DNA of 59,621 nt from an uncultured Candidatus Saccharibacteria bacterium (GTDB lineage: Bacteria > Patescibacteriota > Minisyncoccia > UBA6257 > GWB1-50-10), in contig CAYHLH010000001.1 in the NCBI GenBank assembly GCA_964357525.1, positions 77,719 through 137,339 on the forward strand, given 5' to 3'. A program made the translations under genes and the position numbers. Of this stretch, positions 1-8,134 are shown piece after piece. Under the pieces are notes generated by a model that was given only the letters and a program-made list of their open reading frames with translations, was not told where the DNA came from and searched no databases. Numbering within the stretch: position 1 is the first letter of the stretch; each line of letters opens with the position of its first letter.

Positions 1-1
1 A

Positions 2-898
2 TCATCCTTTGAGCATTCCGAGCGCCTCATCCAGTCCCTTCCCCTCGACCACAAGCGCCCTAATGGCGGAACACATGCGAACCGCCTCAGAGAGTCCCTT
101 CTGGTGGATGTTCCTCCCCACGGCGGCGCCCTTCGCCCCCGCTTTCAGCTCCTCGGCGAGGCGCACGAGGAATTCCTTGGGGTCGCGCGACTCACCTCCC
201 GCGCAGATGACCTTGGTCCTGCCTCCCGCCTTCACGGCCTCCGCAAGCTCAGTAACATCGTCAGGGGCGTCAACTTTCGCGAAATCCGCCCCGAGCGAAG
301 CCGCAACTCCTGCGGCTCCGGCGACGAGATGCGCGTCGTTCTTCTTAACGATTGCTTTTCCGCGCGGGTACGCCCAGAGGATGGCGATAAGGCCGTTTTC
401 GTGCGCCTCGCGCACGGCCTCAGACGCCTCCTTGAGCATTTCCGTCTCATATTCGCTTCCTATGTAAATTGTGTATCCGATGCCCAAAATCTTGAGCTTT
501 GTCTCTTTGGCGAAGGAAACGACGTCCTTCACGTCCGCGAGCTCCGCGCTCTCCGGGTCCTTCTCCGAAAGGGGCACGAGATTCGTCTTTGAATTCAACT
601 TAACGATATACCGCAATTCGGGATAGCTCCCTCCGTAGCGCGCGATGAGCCCCATCTGCGTGGCAAGCGCCCCCACAAATCCCTGCTCCGCCACACGGAA
701 GAGATGCTCCGGATCGGCATCGTCCTCGCTGATGCCAAAACCTACAAAATCGTCATTCAAATGCTCTATTTTCTGGTCGCCGGCCAAGAGGAAGAGGTTT
801 CCCGACCCCTGCGTCAATTCGAAATAATTCTTCGTGTACGCCGCCTTCGCCTTTTTCGGCACATCAAGCGGCACCAAAATATCCTTCGTTGTGATCAT
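2..898 (-). CDS. class I fructose-bisphosphate aldolase, DhnA/FbaB family
   Basis: 298-aa ORF. Blocks VKLN, IYIGSE, ILWAYPRG and GADFAKV follow the FbaB/DhnA class I aldolase pattern. TACAAT lies 6 nt upstream of the ATG. Confidence 0.7.
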   Translation of the reverse strand: MITTKDILVPLDVPKKAKAAYTKNYFELTQGSGNLFLLAGDQKIEHLNDDFVGFGISEDDADPEHLFRVAEQGFVGALATQMGLIARYGGSYPELRYIVKLNSKTNLVPLSEKDPESAELADVKDVVSFAKETKLKILGIGYTIYIGSEYETEMLKEASEAVREAHENGLIAILWAYPRGKAIVKKNDAHLVAGAAGVAASLGADFAKVDAPDDVTELAEAVKAGGRTKVICAGGESRDPKEFLVRLAEELKAGAKGAAVGRNIHQKGLSEAVRMCSAIRALVVEGKGLDEALGMLKG

Positions 899-940
899 AA
901 CTACATTGTACCATGCCTGTTTTTTTATTTTAAAGGATAA

Positions 941-966
941 AAAACACCCACAAATGTGGGTGTTTT
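941..966 (-). terminator. hairpin terminator between 1017..1529 and the aldolase gene
   Basis: aaaacaccca-caaa-tgggtgtttt, flanked by A/T runs. Confidence 0.6.
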
Positions 967-1016
967 GATAAAACTATAAAATTTAACAGTCTTATTCATC
1001 CTTGGAGAAAGATGTA

Positions 1017-1529
1017 TTAATCAATTATCCTTTTCTTGGGTATTTGTTCCATCTCTGATAATTTATTACCTACGGCTTCTCTTAACTCGAGTTCCTCTTT
1101 TACAACCCTTTTCATATCTTCTGATACCACTTCGCTATTTACAATATCTTCTGGCTTAGAAAAATTATTTTCTTCATAATAAGAATAAAAATTTTCGTAT
1201 GCAAAATCTCTCATGCCCTTCCCAAGCTTGATGCCAAAAAAATTTTTTCCGCAGATTTTATCGAATTTTTCTCTAAGATTCATTTTATACCTACTGTATA
1301 TGGATTTATACTCCGCCCTGGAATAATATTCGTGGGCATTCATTTCAGACTCATACACACTAAGAGTATCCAAAACGCCTTTCCATTCGTTATTGACATC
1401 CTCAAGACCCCTGACCACTTCAAGTTTCTTTTGGTTCTTTTTATATTGGGAATACTCGTAAAAAACAAACCCTGCGACGCCTACAACAACTAGGCAAGTA
1501 AGTAGAAGTAAAACCGTCTTTTTCTTCAT
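1017..1529 (-). CDS. hypothetical membrane-anchored protein (AT-rich island)
   Basis: 170-aa ORF with an N-terminal hydrophobic helix (LLLLTCLVVVGVAGFVFY). No recognisable domain. Confidence 0.5.
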   Translation of the reverse strand: MKKKTVLLLLTCLVVVGVAGFVFYEYSQYKKNQKKLEVVRGLEDVNNEWKGVLDTLSVYESEMNAHEYYSRAEYKSIYSRYKMNLREKFDKICGKNFFGIKLGKGMRDFAYENFYSYYEENNFSKPEDIVNSEVVSEDMKRVVKEELELREAVGNKLSEMEQIPKKRIID

Positions 1530-1637
1530 TTTCTTCTTTCGTTTTTAGTTTTTAAATAAAATAGGTTATTTCAATGATTTAATGCTGAAAAGATTATACT
1601 ACCAATAACAATGGTTGTCAACTTTATGTGCACGAAC

Positions 1638-1663
1638 AAAAACCCCGTTGCAACGGGGTTTTT
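1638..1663 (-). terminator. bidirectional intrinsic terminator
   Basis: aaaaaccccgttgcaacggggttttt, directly after the stop of 1673..3850. Confidence 0.7.
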
Positions 1664-1672
1664 GAGGAAACT

Positions 1673-3850
1673 TTATGACTTTTTTTCTGTAAGAAGAGTG
1701 GTGTATTTCTTCCAAAGATCCATTACTTTCGGGGGGAGACGGTGCTTTTCGCGGACTTTCATGGCTGCAATTTCAATGAGTGTTTCTGCCTCCCCAGGAG
1801 TTACTTTATCAAAATTAACCGCCTCTCTTACCTCCTTGAAGGGCTCGCTGTACGTCCCACTTTCAAAGAGACCGTTTCTCTTCCAATTTAATTCCCTCAA
1901 TTTATTTCCATCTGCTTCAATATTTTTCTTGATGCGTTCCACCTCACTTTCAAGGTCGGTTTTCTTCTTTTCCCATTCCGCCTTTTTAAACAAACCCGGC
2001 TTAGTGCCTGAGTGGGTACTTACCGCATTCCTTGCAGTTTTTAAATCCGACTCAAGCGCCTTCTGGTGGTCTGCAACTTCATGCCATTTTTCACGCATGG
2101 TAGCGTCAATAATATCATTACCATCAAGAACCACTAGATGACCTTCGGGTATTTCCTTTAAAAACTTGTCGGCATTCTTGATGATCACATTGCATGAATG
2201 CTCATATTTCTCCGCGCTTTCAATTGTAAACCTTACATCAGAAGAGTCCTGCACTTCCTTGCCGTAAGGCGTCTTCAACTTTTCATCCTTGCATTCTTCC
2301 ACGAGTTCTGCTTTCAAAAACTGCTTTTCAGCCTCTTGAAGGGTGATTTTTGCAACATCTGCTTCTATCTCGCGAAGGTATTTTTTCTTTTGCATCACAT
2401 ACTCTTTGGCTTCGTCATAATTTTTGATATTTCCACGCTCTTGTGAAAAAACTCTTTCTTCGTTTGAAGTAACCTCGTACGAAGCTTTGCGTCGAAAATC
2501 TTCCGTTCTAAATGAATACTCCGGCTTATTTTTAAAAACTTCCTTATATCCTTCCCTTTTCGAAAGACCTCCAAACTCGCGATCGGCATCTTCCTGGGTT
2601 TTTACACTTGCCACCTTTTCTTCCAAGAAACGTAAAAAATCTTCCTGTTTTTTGCACGCTTCAAGAATCTTTCCGTAATCAACAGAAGGCGGAAACTCAT
2701 TTAAAGCCTTCTGGACCGCCTTCAGGGACTGCTCTTCGTCCCCAAGATGTCCCACGAAACCATTCGCATATTTTGACCCCCAATTGAACACGAGCGTGAT
2801 TCCTTTTTCACTTTGAACTTTATCCATACGCTCACCAATCTCATCTCTCTTTTGAATTACTTCCTGAAGAAAACGTACGGCCTCACTCCCCTTTTCCGGT
2901 GACCATCCTTCAATGTCTTTTTCATACTGATCGAGATGGACGACGTTTTTGCTTAAATTGTCGAATGCCACATCAATCTTTTCTTCTATGGCCCGTGATT
3001 GAGCTTCTTTTGCAATTTCCCAACCGTATTCCTTTGCAATCGATACCACGACATTAGGAACGAACTGGTCTTTCGCATAATTGATCTTATTAATGCATTT
3101 CTTCTTGCTAATGTCGTAAAACACACCTTCATCCTTATCATACCCACTGTACCCCTCATTAAAACTTACTCCAAAACCCTCCAACTGAATGCTTCTTGGA
3201 TTTTCAAAAGAGTGGGTATTAACCTGAATTTTTCTCTTTCCTGGAATTTTCTCGCTGATTTCTTTAGCAAAAAAATCAAGTATCTCTTCTTTGCCCTCTG
3301 GCGTTTCGAGTTTCTTATGAAAAAGCTCTTTTTGGAATTCTGGAATTCTTTTGCCTACTTTTTCGGCGAGGGCGGCATAATCCAATTTGCCTTCAGCAGT
3401 CTCAATACCGAACTTTTTCAGGCGGTTCTCTAATTGCCGATCCGTAAGCTCGAGTTCTTTAACGTCTTTTTCAGCGGATTTATACGCCTTCACCTCTTCT
3501 TCCTCGTCGAATTCAGGGCGCGCGATAAGTTCCTCTTTAGAAGTAATCCCCACTTTTTCCTTGAGCGCTTCCTTGTTTTCGTAAAAAACGTTCTCGATCT
3601 CGGTTTCCTGCTTTTTCAACTTATCGGTTGTTTCAGAAGCATACTCCTCCATGCCGATGCCTTTCCCCTGCTCTTTATCCGATTTGAACGCCAAAGAGCC
3701 TCGCAAAACTTCAAGTGAGTGCATCTGTTCCTCCATATCCTTTATTTCCGCGCGAATCGGCGCAAGACGCTCTTCTTCCTTTTTCTGTTCTTCAGTCTTT
3801 TTCTGAATTTTATGCTCCGCGGAAAGTTTCCCCAGTTTTTCTTTTAACAT
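1673..3850 (-). CDS. large K/E-rich hypothetical protein (AT-rich island)
   Basis: 725-aa uninterrupted ORF in AT-rich DNA with coiled-coil-like composition. No motif I recognise. TATAAC lies 6 nt upstream of the ATG. Confidence 0.55.
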   Translation of the reverse strand: MLKEKLGKLSAEHKIQKKTEEQKKEEERLAPIRAEIKDMEEQMHSLEVLRGSLAFKSDKEQGKGIGMEEYASETTDKLKKQETEIENVFYENKEALKEKVGITSKEELIARPEFDEEEEVKAYKSAEKDVKELELTDRQLENRLKKFGIETAEGKLDYAALAEKVGKRIPEFQKELFHKKLETPEGKEEILDFFAKEISEKIPGKRKIQVNTHSFENPRSIQLEGFGVSFNEGYSGYDKDEGVFYDISKKKCINKINYAKDQFVPNVVVSIAKEYGWEIAKEAQSRAIEEKIDVAFDNLSKNVVHLDQYEKDIEGWSPEKGSEAVRFLQEVIQKRDEIGERMDKVQSEKGITLVFNWGSKYANGFVGHLGDEEQSLKAVQKALNEFPPSVDYGKILEACKKQEDFLRFLEEKVASVKTQEDADREFGGLSKREGYKEVFKNKPEYSFRTEDFRRKASYEVTSNEERVFSQERGNIKNYDEAKEYVMQKKKYLREIEADVAKITLQEAEKQFLKAELVEECKDEKLKTPYGKEVQDSSDVRFTIESAEKYEHSCNVIIKNADKFLKEIPEGHLVVLDGNDIIDATMREKWHEVADHQKALESDLKTARNAVSTHSGTKPGLFKKAEWEKKKTDLESEVERIKKNIEADGNKLRELNWKRNGLFESGTYSEPFKEVREAVNFDKVTPGEAETLIEIAAMKVREKHRLPPKVMDLWKKYTTLLTEKKS

Positions 3851-3898
3851 GATTTTGTTATATCACAATCAAAAAATAAAAGCAATACTTCAACATAT

Positions 3899-4657
3899 TT
3901 ATATCAATAATTCAATAGATATTGGACAATGATCCGAGCCGTACACGTCGTCATGGATCTTTGCCGACCTCAAATGCGGCACGAGGCGCTTGTCCACGAA
4001 GAAGTAGTCTATGCGCCAGCCGACGTTACGGTCCCGCGCGAAGCTCTTCATGTCCCACCACGAGTAGTGTTTCCCGCCCTTCTCGAAGACCCTGAAGGAA
4101 TCCACATATCCGGCTTTCACGAACTTGTCGAGCCAACGGCGCTCCTCGGGCAAAAATCCGGAGACGCCCTCGTTCTCTTTCGGCCTCGCGAGGTCAATTT
4201 CTTTATGCGCCGTGTTCACGTCCCCGCAGAACACGACAGGTTTTTTCTTTTTCTTCGCATATTTTAAAAATGCGTCATAGAATGCAAGTTTGTATTCAAG
4301 ACGGTCGGGCGATGCCTTTCCATTCGGGAAATAGACGTTCAGGAGGAAAAAATCATTAAATTCAGTTTCAATTATCCTTCCCTCGCCGTCAAGCGCGGGA
4401 ATCCCAAAATGGGTTTTCACAGCAACTGGAGAGACCCTGGTCCACGTAGCGACGCCGCTGTATCCACGCTTCTCGCCGTTGGAATAGGAGATACCGTATC
4501 CGGGTATGCTCCTTAGGTCCTCTGGAAACTGGTCTTCGTGAGCCTTCGTCTCCTGCACGCACACGACATCGGCCTTAGTTTTCAGGAACCACTCCAAAAA
4601 ACCCTTCTTGTGCACCGCCCGGATGCCGTTCACGTTCCAGGAAATCAATTTAATCAT
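3899..4657 (-). CDS. xth: exodeoxyribonuclease III
   Basis: 252 aa. N-terminal ISWNVNGIRA and C-terminal SDHCPI are typical of the ExoIII/APE1 family. Confidence 0.9.
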   Translation of the reverse strand: MIKLISWNVNGIRAVHKKGFLEWFLKTKADVVCVQETKAHEDQFPEDLRSIPGYGISYSNGEKRGYSGVATWTRVSPVAVKTHFGIPALDGEGRIIETEFNDFFLLNVYFPNGKASPDRLEYKLAFYDAFLKYAKKKKKPVVFCGDVNTAHKEIDLARPKENEGVSGFLPEERRWLDKFVKAGYVDSFRVFEKGGKHYSWWDMKSFARDRNVGWRIDYFFVDKRLVPHLRSAKIHDDVYGSDHCPISIELLI

Positions 4658-4676
4658 AACTATTTAAAATAATACC

Positions 4677-4701
4677 CTGACATTCTCAAGTTTGTAAGGG
4701 T
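4677..4701 (-). repeat. 25-nt box, copy D (between the arsR-like stop and the xth start)
   Basis: ctgacattctcaagtttgtaagggt is repeated at 5011-5035 with one mismatch. It is embedded in hairpin aataccct...agggtatt (4671-4704). Confidence 0.8.
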
Positions 4702-4708
4702 ATTCTTT

Positions 4709-4993
4709 TCAGACATGACGGAATGCTTTCAAAAAACGTACAAATGTCTTGCCGTAAGGAGACAGTGAATGTTCAACGAATTTGCCACGATACCTTTTGT
4801 CCAAAAGTCCAGCCTGTAAAAGCCGGCGCGTATGATCACCAATTGTCTTTTCGTTCGCGTGCAACGTCTCAGCTATCGCTTCAAGCGTGATCCCTTCTTG
4901 CTCGTCAACAAGAATGAGAATGTTGATACGGTGATGATTCGCAATCCCCTTCAAGTGCCGCTCCATCTGTCTAGCGGTTTTCACATTGCTCAT
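4709..4993 (-). CDS. ArsR/SmtB-family HTH transcriptional regulator
   Basis: Winged-HTH region INILILVDEQEGITLEAIAETLHANEKTIGDHTRRLLQAGLL. Start set at MSNVKT because TATAAT lies 6 nt upstream; the ORF track extends to 5095. Confidence 0.75.
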   Translation of the reverse strand: MSNVKTARQMERHLKGIANHHRINILILVDEQEGITLEAIAETLHANEKTIGDHTRRLLQAGLLDKRYRGKFVEHSLSPYGKTFVRFLKAFRHV

Positions 4994-5010
4994 ATTCACA
5001 TTATAACATA

Positions 5011-5035
5011 CTGACATTCTCAAGTTTATAAGGGT
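5011..5035 (-). repeat. 25-nt box, copy U (upstream of the arsR-like start)
   Basis: ctgacattctcaagtttataagggt, in the same orientation as copy D. Confidence 0.8.
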
Positions 5036-5153
5036 GTATAACAAATAAAAACAAAGTAAGGCGGCTGTGGATAAATCTTGACCGAATGCGCGCAAAATGG
5101 TACAAATGAAAGGTTATTTAAAAATAAATTTATAAACATGAAGGAGAATAGAT

Positions 5154-5588
5154 ATGGAAAACGCTTCCCGTTCCACCGCCATTATGCCTCAGGAAGAGGC
5201 CAAGATTTTCAGGATATTCAGAAAAAATCACATTGATTTCGCGCTCTCAAACGGATGCATAAAATTTCTCACGGCTTTTTTGCCCGGGGAGAAATCCAAA
5301 AAAACGACCGACAATCCTGTTTTCATAGGGGACGAAAAGAAAAAAGTCTTACAAACAAGAATCGAGGCTCAAGAGAACGGGCTTGAGACGTTTCACTGGA
5401 TACAAGGGATAGAATTCGCGGGAAAAAACGCTCCGATGGTCAGGGATGTGACGATCTATTGCCCCATCAATGAAAAGACGGGATTGGTGATATGGTTCGA
5501 CACGAACAAGGAAATAGTGAGGGCAATGTTGCTATCGGAACCTACCAATTTTCACCCAAAGATGAAAATCCCCTGTTGTCGAAAGTAG
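5154..5588 (+). CDS. hypothetical protein
   Basis: 144-aa ORF preceded by AAGGAG 7 nt before the ATG and followed by a terminator. No known domain recognised. Confidence 0.5.
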   Translation: MENASRSTAIMPQEEAKIFRIFRKNHIDFALSNGCIKFLTAFLPGEKSKKTTDNPVFIGDEKKKVLQTRIEAQENGLETFHWIQGIEFAGKNAPMVRDVTIYCPINEKTGLVIWFDTNKEIVRAMLLSEPTNFHPKMKIPCCRK

Positions 5589-5614
5589 CGGCAAAAAACA
5601 CCGCGAATGATTTT

Positions 5615-5647
5615 GAAGCGTTGTATTTACAACGCTTCTTTTTTTTT
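5615..5647 (+). terminator. intrinsic terminator
   Basis: gaagcgttgta-ttt-acaacgcttc followed by a T9 run. Confidence 0.8.
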
Positions 5648-5650
5648 CTA

Positions 5651-5730
5651 TCATCTAGCGTAGCGAGGAAATACAAAAAACCGCTTTTGTATTTACGAGC
5701 GAGCGAAGATGACAAGGGCGAAGCCCGCCA
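5651..5730 (+). repeat. F2 hairpin element, tandem copy 1
   Basis: Outer stem TCATCT/AGATGA, internal loops AGCGTAGCGAGG and ACGAGCGAGCG, inner stem AAATACAAAA/TTTTGTATTT, then GGGCGAAGCCC. Confidence 0.8.
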
Positions 5731-5811
5731 TCATCTAGCGTAGCGAGGAAACGGAAAGATTTTACATTTACGTTTACGAGCGAGCGAAGATGACAAGGGC
5801 GAAGCCCGCCA
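5731..5811 (+). repeat. F2 hairpin element, tandem copy 2
   Basis: Flanks identical to copy 1, with a different inner segment. Confidence 0.8.
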
Positions 5812-5823
5812 TTGTTTGTATGA

Positions 5824-5895
5824 GCACCCTTAGCTCAGTGGTAGAGCGTTCCGTTCACATCGGAAAGGCCGTAGGTCCGATCCCTACAGGGTGCA
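5824..5895 (+). tRNA. tRNA-Val (anticodon CAC)
   Basis: Cloverleaf: acceptor GCACCCT/AGGGTGC, D arm GCTC-AGTGGTA-GAGC, anticodon arm TTCCG-TTCACAT-CGGAA, T arm GTAGG-TCCGATC-CCTAC, discriminator A. No CCA is encoded. Confidence 0.85.
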
Positions 5896-5899
5896 CACG

Positions 5900-6448
5900 A
5901 TGATCTTCCTTTTTTATTTTTTGCTCCTTCTCCTTGTTCTCGCCGGGGCGTATTTCCTCCTCGGGGCGTACCGCCTTCTCGTGAGGCGCGAGATACTGTT
6001 CGTTCCGACATCGAACGCGATGCTTCCCGCGCTCGCGGAAGGCATGGGCATCCGCCCCGGGGACGCCGTCTACGACCTCGGGTGCGGCAACGGGCGGATA
6101 CTCATCGCGCTTGCGGAGCGCGAAAAAGGCGCGCGGTATGTCGGCATAGAAAGAGACATAATTCCCTATATTCTTTTTAAACTCAAGCTGCGCGGGAAAA
6201 AACTCCCTATAGAGGCGCGGAGAGCGGATTTCTTCGGTGAAAACATTTCCGAAGCAACGCATGTAGTGATGTACCTCATTCCCTCAATGATGCCGAGGGT
6301 CGTCGAAAAGCTCTCGCGCGAAGCGAGGCCCGGAACACGGATATTCTCCGTGGACTTTCCGCTCCCCGCCTCGTGGCGCATCCGCACTCTGCCGCCAATA
6401 GAGACCGGACACTACGGCAGGAAGATACATCTCTATCTCGCGGAATGA
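5900..6448 (+). CDS. class I SAM-dependent methyltransferase with N-terminal TM helix
   Basis: Motif I VYDLGCGNGRI. Start moved to the ATG at 5900 because the GTG at 5891 overlaps the tRNA. Confidence 0.7.
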   Translation: MIFLFYFLLLLLVLAGAYFLLGAYRLLVRREILFVPTSNAMLPALAEGMGIRPGDAVYDLGCGNGRILIALAEREKGARYVGIERDIIPYILFKLKLRGKKLPIEARRADFFGENISEATHVVMYLIPSMMPRVVEKLSREARPGTRIFSVDFPLPASWRIRTLPPIETGHYGRKIHLYLAE

Positions 6449-6492
6449 AAAATCCCGACATGATGTCGGGATTTTTCCGGAGAAGCCGCCGA

Positions 6493-6858
6493 TTACTGCA
6501 ATTCCACGACAGCTCCCGCTTCTTCCAATTTCTTCTTCAGCGCTTCCGCGTCCTCCTTCTTCATCGCTTCCTTCACCGTCTTCGGCGCGCCATCGGCGAT
6601 ATCCTTGGACTCCTTCAAGCCCAATCCCGTCGCCTCGCGGATGACCTTGATGACGTTGATTTTCTGCTCGCCGCTGGATTTCAATACAACATTGAATTCC
6701 GTCTTTTCCTCCGCGGCTTCGCCGCCGTTTCCTCCGCCCGAGGCCGGCATCGCCGCCGACACGCCGAACTTCTCCTGCAGGACTTTTACGAGCTCCGCAA
6801 GCTCCATGACGCTCATTTTTTCTATTTCCGAAACGATCTTATCGAAGTTTTTTTCCAT
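6493..6858 (-). CDS. rplL: 50S ribosomal protein L7/L12
   Basis: 121 aa. [19 protein letters not shown] ... C-terminal domain [19 protein letters not shown]. Confidence 0.92.
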   Translation of the reverse strand: MEKNFDKIVSEIEKMSVMELAELVKVLQEKFGVSAAMPASGGGNGGEAAEEKTEFNVVLKSSGEQKINVIKVIREATGLGLKESKDIADGAPKTVKEAMKKEDAEALKKKLEEAGAVVELQ

Positions 6859-6882
6859 AATTAATATTTATATTTTCGACTT

Positions 6883-7374
6883 TTATTTTACCTGTTTCGC
6901 CCTTTCTCCAAGCACATACAAGAACATGCTCATCGGCGAGGCGATTGTGCCAACCACCTGCGAGAGCAATACTTCGCGTGGCGGCAAACTGCCGATTGCG
7001 GTTACCTCCGCACTGTCAAAGAATTTTTTCAATTCGGTGTCTAATCCGCCGAGGATTTTGAACGCTTTCACGTTCTTCGCAAATCCATAAACTGTCGCCG
7101 AGAGCGCTTCTATGCCTTCTTTTGAGAAAGCTATGCCAACCGAGCCCGCAAAATCCTCCGGATTAATATCAATGCCTTTCTTTTGGAATGCCACGCGCAA
7201 AAGGCGTTTTTTGAACACCTCAAACCGCGCTCCGGCATCATGCAGCGATTTCCTAAAAGCGTTCAGCTCGTTCACTTTTACGCCGGCGAAGTCCGCAAAA
7301 ACGAGCGTTTTGTTCTCGTCAATGCCCTTAAGGCCCGCTTCTATCTGTGTTTTCTTTTGTTCTTTTGTCTTCAT
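6883..7374 (-). CDS. rplJ: 50S ribosomal protein L10
   Basis: 163 aa, L10 N-terminal pattern (LVFADFAGVKVNELNAFRKSL), directly upstream of rplL. Confidence 0.9.
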   Translation of the reverse strand: MKTKEQKKTQIEAGLKGIDENKTLVFADFAGVKVNELNAFRKSLHDAGARFEVFKKRLLRVAFQKKGIDINPEDFAGSVGIAFSKEGIEALSATVYGFAKNVKAFKILGGLDTELKKFFDSAEVTAIGSLPPREVLLSQVVGTIASPMSMFLYVLGERAKQVK

Positions 7375-7531
7375 AAAAACGAAAAACTGCGACCTTTATA
7401 CCGCAGTTCAAATCCGGAAAATTCCGGTTCTTCCTCGGCAGGTCTTCTACCCTTTTCTCTGGGTTGCCTGTCCCGACGTCCGCTTTGCGGAATCGGGACT
7501 CCGACTTTGCGTCAGAGCTTTCTGCGGATAC
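7375..7531 (-). promoter_or_regulatory. structured 5' leader of rplJ (candidate L10-leader type autoregulatory RNA)
   Basis: ~157 nt lie between the promoter and the ATG. Hairpins: GTCCCGATTCCGCAAAGCGGACGTCGGGAC, CCGGAATTTTCCGG, and CTGCG..CGCAG followed by a T-run right before the ATG. Confidence 0.4.
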
Positions 7532-7537
7532 GGGACT

Positions 7538-7566
7538 ATAATAGGTCTGAAGTCGGATGGTGTCAA
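7538..7566 (-). promoter_or_regulatory. sigma-70-type promoter of rplJ-rplL
   Basis: TTGACA-17 nt-TATTAT on the minus strand. Confidence 0.6.
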
Positions 7567-7590
7567 CTGTTGATTAAAGGTAAATAAAAA

Positions 7591-7612
7591 AGGGGGGTTA
7601 TCTCTCCCCCCT
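7591..7612 (-). terminator. intrinsic terminator of 7636..8019
   Basis: AGGGGGG-AGAGATAA-CCCCCCT followed by TTTTTATTT (minus sense). Confidence 0.75.
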
Positions 7613-7635
7613 CTCTCTTTAATTTTGAAACTTGT

Positions 7636-8019
7636 TCATCTTTCCAGGTCGTTATATCGGTAGTTATACATTTTCCCAAACAGCTTATCTTTGACTTTTC
7701 CCTCGGCAACCTCATACTTCAGCAAAGTATTCTTATACAATACACTCTCCCCTTTGGTTACCCGGGTTATCATTATAAAGCGTCCAGCGAAAGGAACGCT
7801 TTCCCTGCAATTACTATGCAGAATGACAAGACACCGACAAGGATGGATCTCTGAAAGAGCTCCTTTGTGGATTGTCGATCTCCTTTTTGTTTTTGTGGAG
7901 CACCCTTTGTAAATCGTTGAGGTTATTTCAACCGTCTTACCAATCGCATCTATCAAGGCTTGAAATTCTTTCCTCAGACGTTTTTCCTGCGGGGTCCGCG
8001 GAATCTGCAAATCATGCAT
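7636..8019 (-). CDS. hypothetical protein (AT-rich island)
   Basis: 127-aa ORF with a perfect GGAGG 6 nt upstream of the ATG and its own terminator. Confidence 0.5.
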   Translation of the reverse strand: MHDLQIPRTPQEKRLRKEFQALIDAIGKTVEITSTIYKGCSTKTKRRSTIHKGALSEIHPCRCLVILHSNCRESVPFAGRFIMITRVTKGESVLYKNTLLKYEVAEGKVKDKLFGKMYNYRYNDLER

Positions 8020-8088
8020 CTTAAACCTCCAATTTTAAAGTTTCTAATAAATTCATTGTAAACTAAATTTTAAAATTCGTCAATAAAT

Positions 8089-8120
8089 GCAAAACCGCTC
8101 CTTTCAAGGAGCGGTTTTGC
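8089..8120 (-). terminator. terminator after dnaJ
   Basis: gcaaaaccgctcc-tttcaa-ggagcggttttgc. Confidence 0.75.
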
Positions 8121-8134
8121 AGTTTTTGGATCCG

